Program-made: the position numbers and the translations under genes
Source: Salmonella phage slyngel
Direction: 5' to 3' (one strand)
DNA: 50,913 nucleotides
Sequence record: MT074433.1
The notes under the pieces: model-generated
Told to the model about the DNA's origin: nothing
The model's input: only the letters and a program-made list of their open reading frames with translations
Databases searched by the model: none
Shown: in pieces, positions 9,933-21,500 of the stretch
Layout of the letters: the number at the start of each line of letters is the position of its first letter
Numbering within the stretch: position 1 is the stretch's first letter

Positions 9933-9962
9933 GGGAATCCTTAACTGGATTCCCTTTTTTTA
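9933..9962 (+). terminator. intrinsic terminator
   Basis: GGGAATCC-TTAACT-GGATTCCC-T(8). Confidence 0.9.
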
Positions 9963-9976
9963 TTGGAGGTTATGAA

Positions 9977-10249
9977 ATGGCTAAAGAAAAAACTGTAACG
10001 CTAAAGGTTTCCGGCGTATGCCTTATCATTGTTGATGGTGAGCATTATCATCCAGGCAAAGAGTTTGACGTAGAAGAATCAAAGTTGAAAACAAGCGCGT
10101 TTGAATATCTAATTGCAAAAGGCGATCTGGAGGTTAAAGACAACTCCGCATTGAACGAAGAAATCAAACAGAGCGCAGCAAGCAAACGTAAAAAAGACCC
10201 GCGAGAGGGCAAGAGCAAAGCCGAACTTGAAGACGGCGGCATCTATTAA
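9977..10249 (+). CDS. hypothetical structural-region protein
   Basis: ORF with SD GGAGG. Confidence 0.7.
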   Translation: MAKEKTVTLKVSGVCLIIVDGEHYHPGKEFDVEESKLKTSAFEYLIAKGDLEVKDNSALNEEIKQSAASKRKKDPREGKSKAELEDGGIY

Positions 10250-10296
10250 TAAAGAGGGCGCTATAAGCGCCCTTTGTCATATCTGGAGGAAACACA

Positions 10297-10713
10297 ATGG
10301 TTGATGAATTTTTCACTGACGCAGAAATCACGCAGCAAATCGTGAAATTAGCGCCACCGATGAAGCAGATTGATCCAGATTTAATGGTGGCATGGATTGA
10401 TCTTGCAAAGGAATTTGTTTGCAAGAAGCGGTTTAAAGAATCATATCCCAAAGCGGTTGCTCTTTATACGTTGCACCTTATGACGCTTGATGGAGCCATG
10501 AAGCAAGAAGGGGAAAGCGTAGAAAGTTACTCGCGGCGCGTTGCATCATTTTCCCTGACTGGTGAATTTAGCCAGACCTTTGATCGAGTGTCAGGCGAAT
10601 CCAGCGGAAAAGAGATTAGGCAAACTCCGTGGGGTAAAATGTATGAAACGTTAAATCGCAAAAAAGGCGGCGGATTTGGCCTTGTTACTGGATTCCGGAG
10701 GCGTTGCAAATGA
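10297..10713 (+). CDS. head-tail connector (DUF4054-like)
   Basis: Sequence style and position. Confidence 0.65.
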   Translation: MVDEFFTDAEITQQIVKLAPPMKQIDPDLMVAWIDLAKEFVCKKRFKESYPKAVALYTLHLMTLDGAMKQEGESVESYSRRVASFSLTGEFSQTFDRVSGESSGKEIRQTPWGKMYETLNRKKGGGFGLVTGFRRRCK

Positions 10714-11081
10714 ACTATAACGAGATCGCAAGAATGGCAACTGAAGGAATAAACTTCTTCAGTGATGGCAACGGTGAGTTTAAGTGCATAACGCAGCGAG
10801 GAAGCGTTGAAATCATCGGAGGCGAAGAAGTAGAAAAGCCAGAGATTAGCGTAATGATTAAAGGTTTAATTCGATCCCCAAAATTACGAGAGGTTGACGG
10901 CGATACAATACGAGTAACCGATAAGTTGGGAATTTTTAGCAATAAAGTTGAAATTAAGAACGGGTATCATATTGATGTTGATGGTGAATTATATGTTGTA
11001 GTTGAAGCAAGACCAATCAGACAAACCAATGTCACTGTTGCTTATCGGCCTATTTTGAGAAGGATTTCTGTGCATGGCTAA
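10710..11081 (+). CDS. putative head completion/neck protein
   Basis: Coupled ORF in connector region. Confidence 0.6.
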   Translation: MNYNEIARMATEGINFFSDGNGEFKCITQRGSVEIIGGEEVEKPEISVMIKGLIRSPKLREVDGDTIRVTDKLGIFSNKVEIKNGYHIDVDGELYVVVEARPIRQTNVTVAYRPILRRISVHG

Positions 11082-11517
11082 AAACTACACGATAAGGGAG
11101 TTTCACGGCAACATTGATGCGTGGATAAACGCCGTTGATAGTGGACTAAAAGATTGCGTGGAGTTGTTCACCGAAAAAGTGCATACAGATCTTGTTAAGC
11201 GTTCTCCGGTTGATACTGGTCGTTACCGTGCAAACTGGCAGGTAACAGCAAACAAGCCGCCATTGTATGCTCTTAACCAGTACGATAAGCACGGCGACAA
11301 AACTATCGCGGAAGGCAAGCGAGCCATATACGCAATATTACGAGGCGGCGGCGCAGTAAGGGCCATTTATTTTTCAAATATGCTTATTTACGCTAACGCG
11401 CTTGAGTACGGTCATTCAAAACAAGCGCCAGCGGGTGTGCTTGGTATTGTTGCCGTGAAGTTGCGTTCATATATGGCTGAAGCAATAAAAGAGTCGAGGG
11501 CTAAAAATGCACTATGA
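11074..11517 (+). CDS. HK97 gp10-like tail completion protein
   Basis: DLVKRSPVDTGRYRANWQV...ALEYGHSKQAPAGV. Confidence 0.8.
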   Translation: MAKNYTIREFHGNIDAWINAVDSGLKDCVELFTEKVHTDLVKRSPVDTGRYRANWQVTANKPPLYALNQYDKHGDKTIAEGKRAIYAILRGGGAVRAIYFSNMLIYANALEYGHSKQAPAGVLGIVAVKLRSYMAEAIKESRAKNAL

Positions 11518-11905
11518 ATTAATGCTATCGGCGCGTAAGGCGCTGGCTACTGAATACGAGAGCAGATTCAAGATCGCTTATGAAAACGTAGAGTTTACGC
11601 CACCTGGTGACGGTTCGCCGTGGTTGAAGTTTGACTATGCCGAAGTTGATACAGAATACTTGTCATTGGATCGAAAATGCGTTTCCTATATCGGAATGAT
11701 TCAGGTTGGCATTGTGTTTCCACCAGGTTACGGAACTGACAGGCCTCGCGTTCTCGCTAAAGAGATTGCGCAATTCTTTTACGATGGTAAAATGCTGGAG
11801 CATGGTTATATATATGAGGGTGCAAGAGTTCACAAGCCGCTAAAGAGTGAAAGCGGTTGGATTCTCCCAATAAGGTTTTATGTTCGAATTGAAACAAAGG
11901 AGTAA
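11507..11905 (+). CDS. minor tail/tail terminator (DUF4128-like)
   Basis: Position between gp10-like protein and tail tube. Confidence 0.65.
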   Translation: MHYELMLSARKALATEYESRFKIAYENVEFTPPGDGSPWLKFDYAEVDTEYLSLDRKCVSYIGMIQVGIVFPPGYGTDRPRVLAKEIAQFFYDGKMLEHGYIYEGARVHKPLKSESGWILPIRFYVRIETKE

Positions 11906-11910
11906 AAATT

Positions 11911-12573
11911 ATGCATTTACCAAATGGATCGCAAATTTTCGTTGAGAGCAATCGCGGAAGCGCTATTGAGGCGACGGCAGTATCAAACGCTAAATATCCT
12001 GTATTCACCGTTGCATCTGGCGGCACTTCGTACAAGAAAGGTGATTATGTTATCATCACTGCGTCTTCTTGGGGTAAGCTGATTGATCGTGTTATGCGTG
12101 TAAAGGCTAACGGCGAAGAAACAAGCGTGACTCTTGAAGGTGTAGATACTACTGATCAGAACGTGTTCCCGTCTGGCGGTACTGCATCTTTTGCCAAGAT
12201 TGATGCATGGACTGAGATCCCATGCGTTCAAGATTTATCGCAGGGCGGAGGCGAACAGCAATACTACACTTATCAGTGTTTGGCAGACGATCAGGAACAG
12301 CAGTTACCTACCTATAAGAGCGCCGTTTCTCTTACCTACACTTTTGCGCACGAATACGATAACGCGATCTATCCGCTATTGCGTTCAGCAGATGAATCAG
12401 GCGAAGTAACCGCTCTTCGCATGTATGTACCAAAAGCAAAAGAGATGCGTTGCTGGGCTGGTGTACTTTCGTTTAACGAGATCCCACAAACGACCGTTAA
12501 CGAAATGGAAACCGTTTCCCTGTCTGTATCCCTGAAAGGTCGATTCACCTTCCTGCCTTCTCAAGTAGCATAA
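11911..12573 (+). CDS. major tail tube protein
   Basis: Position, size, phage tail tube-like sequence. Confidence 0.75.
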   Translation: MHLPNGSQIFVESNRGSAIEATAVSNAKYPVFTVASGGTSYKKGDYVIITASSWGKLIDRVMRVKANGEETSVTLEGVDTTDQNVFPSGGTASFAKIDAWTEIPCVQDLSQGGGEQQYYTYQCLADDQEQQLPTYKSAVSLTYTFAHEYDNAIYPLLRSADESGEVTALRMYVPKAKEMRCWAGVLSFNEIPQTTVNEMETVSLSVSLKGRFTFLPSQVA

Positions 12574-12579
12574 TCACAA

Positions 12580-12601
12580 GGGGCGTTGCGCCCCTTTTTT
12601 T
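12580..12601 (+). terminator. intrinsic terminator
   Basis: GGGGCG-TTG-CGCCCC-T(7). Confidence 0.85.
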
Positions 12602-12642
12602 GTTACTGTACAATCATGAAACACGATTCATAACCAATTCTT

Positions 12643-12661
12643 TTAACAAAAAGTGCTATCA
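12643..12661 (-). promoter_or_regulatory. reversed copy of the conserved motif inside the tail operon
   Basis: + strand TTTTAACAAAAAGTGCTATC is the reverse complement of GATAGCACTTTTTGTTAAAA. Confidence 0.5.
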
Positions 12662-12672
12662 AGGAGAAAGAA

Positions 12673-12990
12673 ATGTCAAAAATGAAATTGACGATTGGGC
12701 CGCTTCCTGACTTTAAATTACCAGTGAAATTTGCAATGCCTAACGGAGAAGATCAAACAATTATCTTCACAGTTCGCCACCGCAAAACAAGTGAGATTCA
12801 CGAGCGCTATACGTCAGATACTCCAATGAGCGATGTTGAAATGATCACCTTCCTTGCTTCTGGTTGGAATCTTGACGATGAATTTAACGAAGAAAATATT
12901 AAACAGCTTCTTGATTACTACCCAGCAACAGCAATCGGATTAACTAGCGCATACATGAAAGCGCTTGCGGGGCAGCGAGTAAAAAACTAA
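12673..12990 (+). CDS. tail assembly chaperone (G-like, pre-frameshift product)
   Basis: Position between tail tube and tape measure; ends in GTA AAA AAC TAA. Confidence 0.85.
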   Translation: MSKMKLTIGPLPDFKLPVKFAMPNGEDQTIIFTVRHRKTSEIHERYTSDTPMSDVEMITFLASGWNLDDEFNEENIKQLLDYYPATAIGLTSAYMKALAGQRVKN

Positions 12991-13301
12991 AAAGGGCGGT
13001 TTACCTGTTTTATCAGAAACCGCCGACAGATGCAGAGCTTGAGGCTGTTGGCCTTACAAGGGCAGACTATGAAGGAGAAGATCCGCCAGAGGTTATATTT
13101 GATGAAAGCATGATGCAATCATGGGATATATTTTGCGCAATGCAAACGCAATGGAGATGTTCGGGCGGTGGCGCTTACGGATTTGATTATAATGTCTTGC
13201 CTATGCTTTTTGAGATTTACAAGGTTGAGGATCGCGAGATGGCGCTAAACGACTTGCGAATCATGGAGCAAAAAGCACTTGAAATGATGCATTCAAAATA
13301 A
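12673..13301 (+). CDS. tail assembly chaperone -1 frameshift fusion (G/GT-like)
   Basis: Slippery A_AAA_AAC at 12981-12987; -1 frame open from 12987 to the stop at 13301; 8-bp hairpin downstream. Confidence 0.88.
12981..13024 (+). promoter_or_regulatory. programmed -1 ribosomal frameshift signal
   Basis: A_AAA_AAC, 7-nt spacer, GGCGGTTT(12995-13002)...AAACCGCC(13017-13024). Confidence 0.88.
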
Positions 13302-13322
13302 GCGCCTACGGGCGCTTTTTTA
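13300..13322 (+). terminator. intrinsic terminator
   Basis: AGCGCC...GGCGCTTTTTT. Confidence 0.75.
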
Positions 13323-13340
13323 TTACCTGGAGGATTAATA

Positions 13341-16013
13341 ATGTCAGAACAATACGCAGGCTTGACGCTTGGGGTTGATGTATCTCAACTCAACAATGCT
13401 GTAAAGTCTTTGCAGCAATTCAAAAAGGCAAACGACGACGCAAAGGGAAGCGTTGAGAACTTTGTTGATTCAGAGGTTGTTGCAAGGCAAAGAGCTAAAC
13501 AATTGGCTGAGGAATTGGCGAAGCAGAAGCAGGAATTTAAAGCAATTCAGTCGGCAATAGATCCAACAGCAAGCAAGATGGATAAGTTGCGCCAGGCTGC
13601 GACACAGCTTGATGCACTATGGAAAAAAGGAATTGTGCCGGATGATACATTCTTTGAATTAGGTTCAATTCTTGAGACACAGCAAAACAAGCTGATCGCA
13701 ACGAAAAAGGCGCTAACAGAAGAAGGCCGAGCGGCGATTGAGGAAGCAAAGAATAAAGCCAGGGCAGAGGCTGAGGCCAGAAAGTTCATTGCGGCATTGC
13801 AGGCGCAAGCTGACGCAGCGGAAAAAACAAAATCAGAGCTTGTAGAAATGAGAGCTGCACAACTTGGAGTTAGTGCAGAGGCCGCGCCATTTATTGCAAA
13901 AATGAAGGAGCAGGAAAAACAAGCCTCAAAACTTGGCGTTTCTATGGGGCAGTACAAGCAAGCAATGGCGCAATTACCAATGCAGATCACTGACGTTGTT
14001 ACTTCTCTTGCTTCAGGAATGCCAGTATGGATGGTCGCAATCCAGCAGGGTGGACAGATCAAGGACTCATTCGGTGGTGTTGCGAATACGTTCAAAGCAC
14101 TAATGACATTTGTCACGCCGTTAAGTGTAGGAATGACGGCGCTGACTGGTGCTCTTGGTTATGCTGCATATAATGCATACAAAGCAAATGCGCAACTGAA
14201 GGAGATCACAAAAACCGTTCAGGAGGCTACTGGTCTTTCTGGTGAGTTTGCGGAGCGGATTGCAACGGGAATCCAGGCACTATCTGACAAGACAGGTGAG
14301 AGCGCCGATAATCTGGCAAAGGCATACATAAGCACTAAGGATGGAGCAAGCGAGGCCATACAAAAACTCGTCGATGTTGGATTTACCTATGACGAAGCAA
14401 AGGCAAAAGTAAACGAATACAAAAACGCATCAAGTTTTGTAAGTCTTAACAATGAAATTGCTGATCACAAAAACAAAGTTCTTGAGCTTGGCGATTCATG
14501 GTATGCGGTCTTAAAAGCAAAACGTGATTATGCTTCACCGTCAGGTGGGCTGTTGGGGAAAGAGCTTGGTTATGTGAATCCAATGCTGCAATTTGCGAAG
14601 AACACCTATGAGGATATAGGAAAGATCGTAAAAGATGCGAATAAGGATATGGCGGAACGAGCAGCACGCATCGACAGAGAAAACCTTTCCTTAAACAGAG
14701 TTCGAGCGGCGCAAGAGGCTTTAAACAAAGCCATAGAGGATCAGAAGAACGTAGCAAGGACAGCAGACGAAGAGTTGAAAAAACGAGCGGCTGAGAACGT
14801 GGAGTTCAGGCGAAAAGAGCTTGAAGAGGCGAAGAAGGCGCAGCAGCAAAAGGAGAAAGTTGGTGGAGTTGTAAAAGCACCAACAGAGCAGCTCGATAAG
14901 GAACTATATGTTCTCAAGGCGCAACTTGAAACGCTGAAAGAGCACAGAACTGTAAATGATGTTATTTCACGCCAGAGGCAATCTTTGTGGAGCATTGAAA
15001 AGCAGATCCAGATCCTGGAGGAAGCGCAAAGCAAACGTAAGCTGACAAAAGCGGAACAGGCGTTACTAAACGAGCAAAAAGCAGTTATTGCTATGGCAAA
15101 AGAAAAGGCCGAGATAGGCGATCAGATTGTTTTGCAACAGAGAAAGAATAAGCAATACCAGGACGGGCTTAAATTCATTCAGCAAACATCAGATGCTATT
15201 GACGCTATGAACTTGCGACAGTCTGGAGCTACAGATCTGCAAATCCAGCGAGAGCTTGAGTTGAAGAAGTTGCGAACTGATTATGTTGCTGGTGGCGGTA
15301 GTATCGACGATGAAATTTATCAGCAGATGGAAGCAAAGCTGAAAGAGTATTACGCCACTGAGGATCAGCTTCGAAATAACTGGATTGCAGGAGCAAAAAA
15401 CGCTTGGGAGGTTTACGGACAAGATGCAATGGATATGTACGGCAACGTGCAAGATATTGCAAGCGAGGCGCTCAATGGTCTAACCAATCAAATGGCTACA
15501 TTCCTTGCAACAGGTAAGGCAAACTTTAAGAGCTTCGCAACGTCAATCATCCAAATGATTATTCAGATGATCACAAAGATGGTTATCTTTAATGCCATAT
15601 CTGGTGCGATTGGAGGTGACACTTGGACGATTGGAAGCCTTCTTAAAAATGTTGGATTTGCAACAGGTGGATACACTGGCGACGGCGGGAAGTATGAGCC
15701 AGCAGGTGTTGTCCATAAAGGCGAGTTTGTCATGACGAAGGAGGCCACGAAACGGATCGGAGTTGGAAATCTTTACAAAATGATGCGCGGTTATGCAAAT
15801 GGCGGCGTTGTTGGCGGCACTTCATACACTGGCGGCGGAGTTTCATCTGGAGCAACAAATCTTAATATTGGCGGGATCAGCGTTGATATTAACAACGGAA
15901 GCGATCCGAAAGGGTTGGAGACTGGCGTAAAAATGATTTTCACTGATATGATTAAGCGTTCCTGTACGCAGGGTGGGGAAGTTTACGAATTTGTTATGTC
16001 TAAGCGGGGGTGA
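13341..16013 (+). CDS. tail tape measure protein
   Basis: 890 aa, coiled-coil N-terminus, [27 protein letters not shown] motif, hydrophobic C-terminal segment. Confidence 0.93.
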   Translation: MSEQYAGLTLGVDVSQLNNAVKSLQQFKKANDDAKGSVENFVDSEVVARQRAKQLAEELAKQKQEFKAIQSAIDPTASKMDKLRQAATQLDALWKKGIVPDDTFFELGSILETQQNKLIATKKALTEEGRAAIEEAKNKARAEAEARKFIAALQAQADAAEKTKSELVEMRAAQLGVSAEAAPFIAKMKEQEKQASKLGVSMGQYKQAMAQLPMQITDVVTSLASGMPVWMVAIQQGGQIKDSFGGVANTFKALMTFVTPLSVGMTALTGALGYAAYNAYKANAQLKEITKTVQEATGLSGEFAERIATGIQALSDKTGESADNLAKAYISTKDGASEAIQKLVDVGFTYDEAKAKVNEYKNASSFVSLNNEIADHKNKVLELGDSWYAVLKAKRDYASPSGGLLGKELGYVNPMLQFAKNTYEDIGKIVKDANKDMAERAARIDRENLSLNRVRAAQEALNKAIEDQKNVARTADEELKKRAAENVEFRRKELEEAKKAQQQKEKVGGVVKAPTEQLDKELYVLKAQLETLKEHRTVNDVISRQRQSLWSIEKQIQILEEAQSKRKLTKAEQALLNEQKAVIAMAKEKAEIGDQIVLQQRKNKQYQDGLKFIQQTSDAIDAMNLRQSGATDLQIQRELELKKLRTDYVAGGGSIDDEIYQQMEAKLKEYYATEDQLRNNWIAGAKNAWEVYGQDAMDMYGNVQDIASEALNGLTNQMATFLATGKANFKSFATSIIQMIIQMITKMVIFNAISGAIGGDTWTIGSLLKNVGFATGGYTGDGGKYEPAGVVHKGEFVMTKEATKRIGVGNLYKMMRGYANGGVVGGTSYTGGGVSSGATNLNIGGISVDINNGSDPKGLETGVKMIFTDMIKRSCTQGGEVYEFVMSKRG

Positions 16014-16366
16014 TAGTGAAACTTGAGCAATTCAAATGGTGCACGCAAACGCAAGGAGGCGGCGGCACTATGACCACATCGAATAACGACAGGGAAATCT
16101 CATTTGGCAATGGTTACACGCAGGTTGCTTCAGGAGGGTTTAACACGGTACGCAGGGAGTTTCCCATTGTCTATGTTGGCAAGGATTACAGAGACGTTGT
16201 TGACTTCCTGAATGGACACAGGCTGAAGCCGTTTTTATGGTTTATGCCTGACGGTCAACCTGGTCTATTCAGGGTAAAATCTGGTAGCGTTGGATTAACT
16301 CCAATATCAGCAACCGTTCAGGAAGTGAAAGCAACATTTACTGAACAATTTACATCAATGCAATAA
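16010..16366 (+). CDS. minor tail protein, lambda M-like
   Basis: Follows the tape measure; [19 protein letters not shown]. Confidence 0.75.
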   Translation: MIVKLEQFKWCTQTQGGGGTMTTSNNDREISFGNGYTQVASGGFNTVRREFPIVYVGKDYRDVVDFLNGHRLKPFLWFMPDGQPGLFRVKSGSVGLTPISATVQEVKATFTEQFTSMQ

Positions 16367-16369
16367 TTC

Positions 16370-16393
16370 AAGCCGCCTTTGTGCGGCTTTTTT
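16370..16393 (+). terminator. intrinsic terminator
   Basis: AAGCCGC...GCGGCTTTTTTT. Confidence 0.8.
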
Positions 16394-16427
16394 ATTGATG
16401 ATACAATGTACGAAAGGAGGTGCAATT

Positions 16428-17189
16428 ATGGCTAATGAAACAACAGGTCGCGCGGATCTTGAAAATTGTCTGCAAAGCCTTTACCCTGGCGAGATTATCA
16501 CGCTAATTGAAATTGACGGAACAAAGTTTGGCGCAAACATTTACCGCATACACAATGAGAACATCTCATACACTGCGGAAGAATTATTGCAGGCGCGAGA
16601 AACTGGAGTTCTTCCGCCGAAAGAGATTACATTCCGTGGTGAGGTTTACGGCGCGCGCCCGTTCGGAATATCAGGTATCAACTTCACAAGCAACGGAAAG
16701 GCTGATAAGCCACAATTGATACTGTCAAACCTTGACAGCCAGGTGAGCGCGATGATTCGCAACTTTAACGGCATGATGCAAGCTAAGGTTACAATCTGGA
16801 TCACGCCAGCAGAATTAATGGGTAAAGATGGCAGCATTAAAGATGGCGCTTCAAGAAAGCTGGTTTATTACATTGAGCGCCCAAGCCATTACAATAGAAT
16901 GATGGCAAAGTTTGATCTGACATCTCCTTATGATATGGATGGAATAATGATTCCTCCGCGAATAACTCAAAGCGTTTGTTATTGGGCGCAGCGTGGATGG
17001 TATCGAAGCGGAAAGGGTTGCGGATACAATGGATCGCGAATGTTTGACAAAGACAACAATCCTGTAACCGATCCATCTCAAGACTTTTGCGCCGGAACTG
17101 TAACAGCGTGCAAACTTCGTTTTGGTGCAGATCAGCAGCTTGATTTTGGCGGTGCGCCAGTAGCAAGCCTGTTAAGGAGAAATCAGTGA
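16428..17189 (+). CDS. minor tail protein, lambda L-like
   Basis: Cys-containing C-terminal domain (SVCYWAQ...GKGCGYNG...DFCAGTVTACKLRFG), position. Confidence 0.8.
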   Translation: MANETTGRADLENCLQSLYPGEIITLIEIDGTKFGANIYRIHNENISYTAEELLQARETGVLPPKEITFRGEVYGARPFGISGINFTSNGKADKPQLILSNLDSQVSAMIRNFNGMMQAKVTIWITPAELMGKDGSIKDGASRKLVYYIERPSHYNRMMAKFDLTSPYDMDGIMIPPRITQSVCYWAQRGWYRSGKGCGYNGSRMFDKDNNPVTDPSQDFCAGTVTACKLRFGADQQLDFGGAPVASLLRRNQ

Positions 17190-17920
17190 TGATTAGTGCA
17201 AAAATAAAACTTGAAATAATGCAGCACGTAAAAGATGAATACCCGCGCGAGGCGTGCGGTGTTATCACTCAAAAATCACGCGTGCAAAAATACCGCCGCA
17301 TAACCAACGTACATGATGATCCTGAAAATCATTTTGAGATGGACGCAATTGAATACGTTGAAGCGTGCGAAAGTGGCGAGCTTATTGCTGTTGTGCATAG
17401 CCACACTGGAGAAGGGGCAAGTACAATTCCAAGCGCCCATGATACATGCATGTGTGATGAAATGGGTGTTTCATGGGTTATTGTGTCATGGCCCGAAGGT
17501 GATATGAGAATCATTGAGCCTGAATCTCGTCCTCTGATTGGTCGCCCGTGGTCGCTTGGGGCGTATGATTGCTGGGGGATTATTATGGCATGGCATAAGC
17601 AACATGGCGTTATCCTGAATGACTTCAGGAAACCATATGAATGGTGGAAGCCTGAGCACGGTGAAAATCTTTATCAAGAAAATTATCTGAAAGAGGGCTT
17701 TATTGAAACAGGAGAGCCGCCAAAACCTGGTGATATGGTTATCTTTCAGCTTTCCGCGCCAGTGTGGAATCATGCAGGTATTTATCTTGGCAACAACCAA
17801 TTGCTCCATCATGCCTTTGGCAAGTTGTCAAGGGTTGATTTGTATTCTGGATGGTATCAGGAACATGCAAAAATGGTTTGTAGACATAAGGATCTAAAAT
17901 ATGACTTTGAAGGTAATTAA
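17186..17920 (+). CDS. tail tip peptidase, lambda K-like (Mov34 plus NlpC/P60)
   Basis: HSHTGEGASTIPSAHD (JAMM-like) and YDCWGIIMAWHKQ...HAFGK (NlpC/P60-like). Confidence 0.88.
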   Translation: MMISAKIKLEIMQHVKDEYPREACGVITQKSRVQKYRRITNVHDDPENHFEMDAIEYVEACESGELIAVVHSHTGEGASTIPSAHDTCMCDEMGVSWVIVSWPEGDMRIIEPESRPLIGRPWSLGAYDCWGIIMAWHKQHGVILNDFRKPYEWWKPEHGENLYQENYLKEGFIETGEPPKPGDMVIFQLSAPVWNHAGIYLGNNQLLHHAFGKLSRVDLYSGWYQEHAKMVCRHKDLKYDFEGN

Positions 17921-18497
17921 ATTATCTGGATCTTTAGGCCGAAGATTTGGAGTATTTCATAAGCTGGCTGTTGATTCATACCCCGAAGCAATACGCGCAC
18001 TATCTTCGCAGGTGGAAGGATTCAAGGACTACATGCAAAGCGAAGTAGGATCGCGTATGCGTTACGCTGTATTTGTTGACGGTAAGAATGTAGGACAGCA
18101 CGATGAAAAAGCGTGGCAATGCGCAAAGGAAGTGAGGATTATTCCAATCCCAACAGGTTCAAAGTCTGGTGGGTTGTTTCAGGTTGTTCTTGGGGCGGTT
18201 ATTATGGCGACTGCATTTTTCACTGGCGGCGCTTCACTTGCGTTGATGGGTGCTTTTGCATCGTCTGCTTTCATGATGGGTGGTGCTATGGTGCTTGGCG
18301 GCGTAATGCAAATGATTTCACCACAGCAAGGCGGGTCGCGGTTATCATCCCAATCAGCAGAGAATAAGCCGTCTTACGCTTTTGGCGGTGCAGTTAACAC
18401 AACGGCGGCAGGATACCCAATACCATTGCCATACGGTCAAAGGACCGTCGGCGGAGCTATCTGGTCGGCTGGTAGTTATGCAGAAGATAAGGCTTAA
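17901..18497 (+). CDS. tail assembly protein, lambda I-like
   Basis: Gly-rich hydrophobic C-terminal segment, position between K and J. Confidence 0.85.
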   Translation: MTLKVIKLSGSLGRRFGVFHKLAVDSYPEAIRALSSQVEGFKDYMQSEVGSRMRYAVFVDGKNVGQHDEKAWQCAKEVRIIPIPTGSKSGGLFQVVLGAVIMATAFFTGGASLALMGAFASSAFMMGGAMVLGGVMQMISPQQGGSRLSSQSAENKPSYAFGGAVNTTAAGYPIPLPYGQRTVGGAIWSAGSYAEDKA

Positions 18498-18506
18498 TAT
18501 AAAAGA

Positions 18507-18532
18507 GTCGCGCGTTGCGCGGCTTTTTTTTT
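18507..18532 (+). terminator. intrinsic terminator
   Basis: GTCGCGCG-TT-GCGCGGC-T(9). Confidence 0.75.
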
Positions 18533-18577
18533 GCCCGTATAATTCAACAAATCAAATAGCATAAAAGGTGAAAAAGC

Positions 18578-21500
18578 ATGGCTGAAAATATGATAACGGG
18601 CAGTAAGGGTGGATCATCAAAACCTTATGTTCCGAAAGAGATGGAAGATAACCTGATCTCAATCAACAAAATCAAAATACTTCTTGCCGTTTCCGATGGT
18701 GAGTGCGATCCAGGTTTTACACTTCGCGATCTGTATCTTGATGATGTTCCGGTAATTGCAGACGACGGAACTGTTAACTACCAGGGTGTGAAAGCTGAAT
18801 TTCGACCTGGAACGCAGACGCAAGATTACATCCAGGGATTTACTGACACATCAAGCGAAGTGACGCTGGCGCGTGACATTACTACATCAAATCCTTATGT
18901 AATTTCTGTAACCAACAAAACATTATCGGCTATCAGAATCAAAATGCTAATGCCAACAGGCATTAAGCAAGAGGATAACGGCGATCTTGTCGGCGTTAAG
19001 GTTACTTATGCTGTTGATATGGCTGTTGACGGAGACTCTTACAAAGAAGTATTGCTAGACACCATCGAAGGTAAAACGCGTTCCGGTTACGACAGAAGCC
19101 GAAGGATTGACCTTCCGGCATTTAATGATCGCGTATTGCTTAGGGTTAGAAGGGTTACGGCAGACAGCGCATCCTCTCGCGTTACTGATCTGATTAAGCT
19201 ACAAAGTTACGCTGAGGTTATTGATGCAAAATTCCGTTATCCTCTGACTGGTCTTGTATACGTTGAATTTGACAGTGAGCTGTTCCCTAACCAGATCCCT
19301 AACATTTCAATCAAGAAGAAATGGAAGTTAATTAATGTTCCGAGCAATTACGATCCGGTAATGCGAGAGTATCACGGTTCATGGGATGGTACTTTCAAGA
19401 AAGCGTGGTCGAACAATCCGGCGTGGGTTCTTTATGACATTATCACAAACCAGCGATACGGATTAGATCAGCGAGAACTTGGCGTGCAGGTTGACAAATG
19501 GAGTCTTTACGAAGCGGCGCAATACTGCGATCAGAAAGTGCCGGATGGAAAAGGCGGTACAGAGCCGCGTTATCTATGCGACGTTGTGATTCAAAGCCAG
19601 ATTGAGGCTTATCAGCTTATTCGTGATATTTGCTCAATCTTCCGAGGCATGAGCTTTTGGAATGGCGAGAGCTTGTCAATCGTCATTGATAAGCCGCGCG
19701 ATCCGTCGTACATCTTCACCAATGACAACGTTGTTGATGGTGATTTTCAGTACACAACAGCAAGCGAAAAGAGCATGTACACGCAGTGCAACGTGACGTT
19801 CGACGACGAACAAAACATGTACCAACAGGACGTAGAGGGCGTATTCGACACCGAGGCAGCATTGCGCTTTGGATACAATCCTACAAGCATAACCGCGATC
19901 GGATGTACACGCAGGAGCGAGGCTAATCGGCGCGGTCGATGGATATTAAAAACCAACTTGCGCAGCACTACGGTAAACTTTGCTACTGGACTGGAAGGCA
20001 TGATCCCATCAATAGGTGATGTGATTGCTATTGCTGACAATTTTCACAGCAGCAACCTTAAATTAAACCTATCAGGGCGCGTGATGGAAGTTTCCGGCTT
20101 GCAGGTGTTCGCTCCGTTTAAGATTGACGCACGACCAGGTGATTTCATTATCATCAACAAGCCGGACGGTAAGCCAGTTAAGCGCACAATCTCAAAGGTA
20201 AGCGGTGACGGAAAAACCATTGAGCTAAACATTGGGTTTGGATTTGACGTTAAACCTGACACGGTTTTTGCAATCGACCGCACTGATATTGCTTTGCAGC
20301 AATACGTTGTAACGAGCATCGGCAAAGGTGATGATGATGATGAATTTACATACTCAATCACGGCTGTTGAATATGATCCTAACAAATATGACGAGATTGA
20401 TTATGGAGTAAACATTGACGACAGGCCAACTTCAATTGTCCAGCCTGACACAATGGCAGCGCCTGAAAATGTGCAAATATCCTCATACTCGCGAATTGTC
20501 CAGGGTGCAAGCGTTGAAACAATGGTTGTGTCGTGGGATAAAGTACCTTACGCATCGCTGTATGAAATGCAGTGGCGAAAAGGTGATGGCAACTGGCTGA
20601 ATACACCACAGACTGCAAACAAAGAAATTGAGGTTGAAGGTATTTATTCAGGAAACTACCAGGTAAGGGTTAGATCTGTTTCTGCTTCAGGTTCGACGTC
20701 GCCGTGGTCCAGAATTGTAACAGCTTCACTGACTGGTAAGGTAGGAGAGCCAGGCGCGCCAGTTAACTTAACTGCATCCGACAATGAGGTGTTTGGCATT
20801 CGTGTTAAGTGGGGGATGCCAGAAGGCAGCGGAGACACGGCATACATTGAGCTTCATCAGTCGCCGGATGGAACGGCTGAAAACTCAAGCCTGTTAACTC
20901 TGATCCCATATCCACAATATGAATACTGGCACGGTACGCTTCCGGCTGGTCATGTTGTATGGTATAGAATCCGCAGTGTTGACAGAATCGGCAACGTTTC
21001 CGGCTGGACTGATTTTGTTAGAGGCATGGCTTCAGATGATGTGGATGCTGTTTTAGGCGATATTCTTGATAAGATTTTTGATACCGAAGCCGGAAAGGAT
21101 CTGAAAGAGAATGCCATTGATAGCGCAAACAAAATCAAGGATCAGGCACAAAGCATCATTCAAAACGCATTGGCGAATGATGCAGACGTTAGGATTATGA
21201 GGAAGGAAAACGGAAAACGCAAAGCCGAATTCAGGCAATCAATACAGTTGATCGCAAATGAAACTGAGGCGCGCGTTACCGCAATGACGCAACTCAAGGC
21301 TGAATTTGACGAGGAAATAACCAGCGAAGTAACGAGACTCGATCAGGCAATTGCAACAGAATCGGAAACGCGAGCCACAGCAATTGAGGAATTGAAGTCA
21401 CAGATTGGAGATGATATTCAGGGACAGTTAACGAGAGTTGAGGAGGCGATTGCAAGTGAAACAGAGGCGCGCGTTTCGGCTGATACAGCATTAACAGCGA

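Noticed and set aside
13547-14116. 189-aa - strand ORF opposite the tape measure gene
   Set aside because: Shadow ORF of a strongly supported + strand gene in an operon; Ser/Ala-rich composition.
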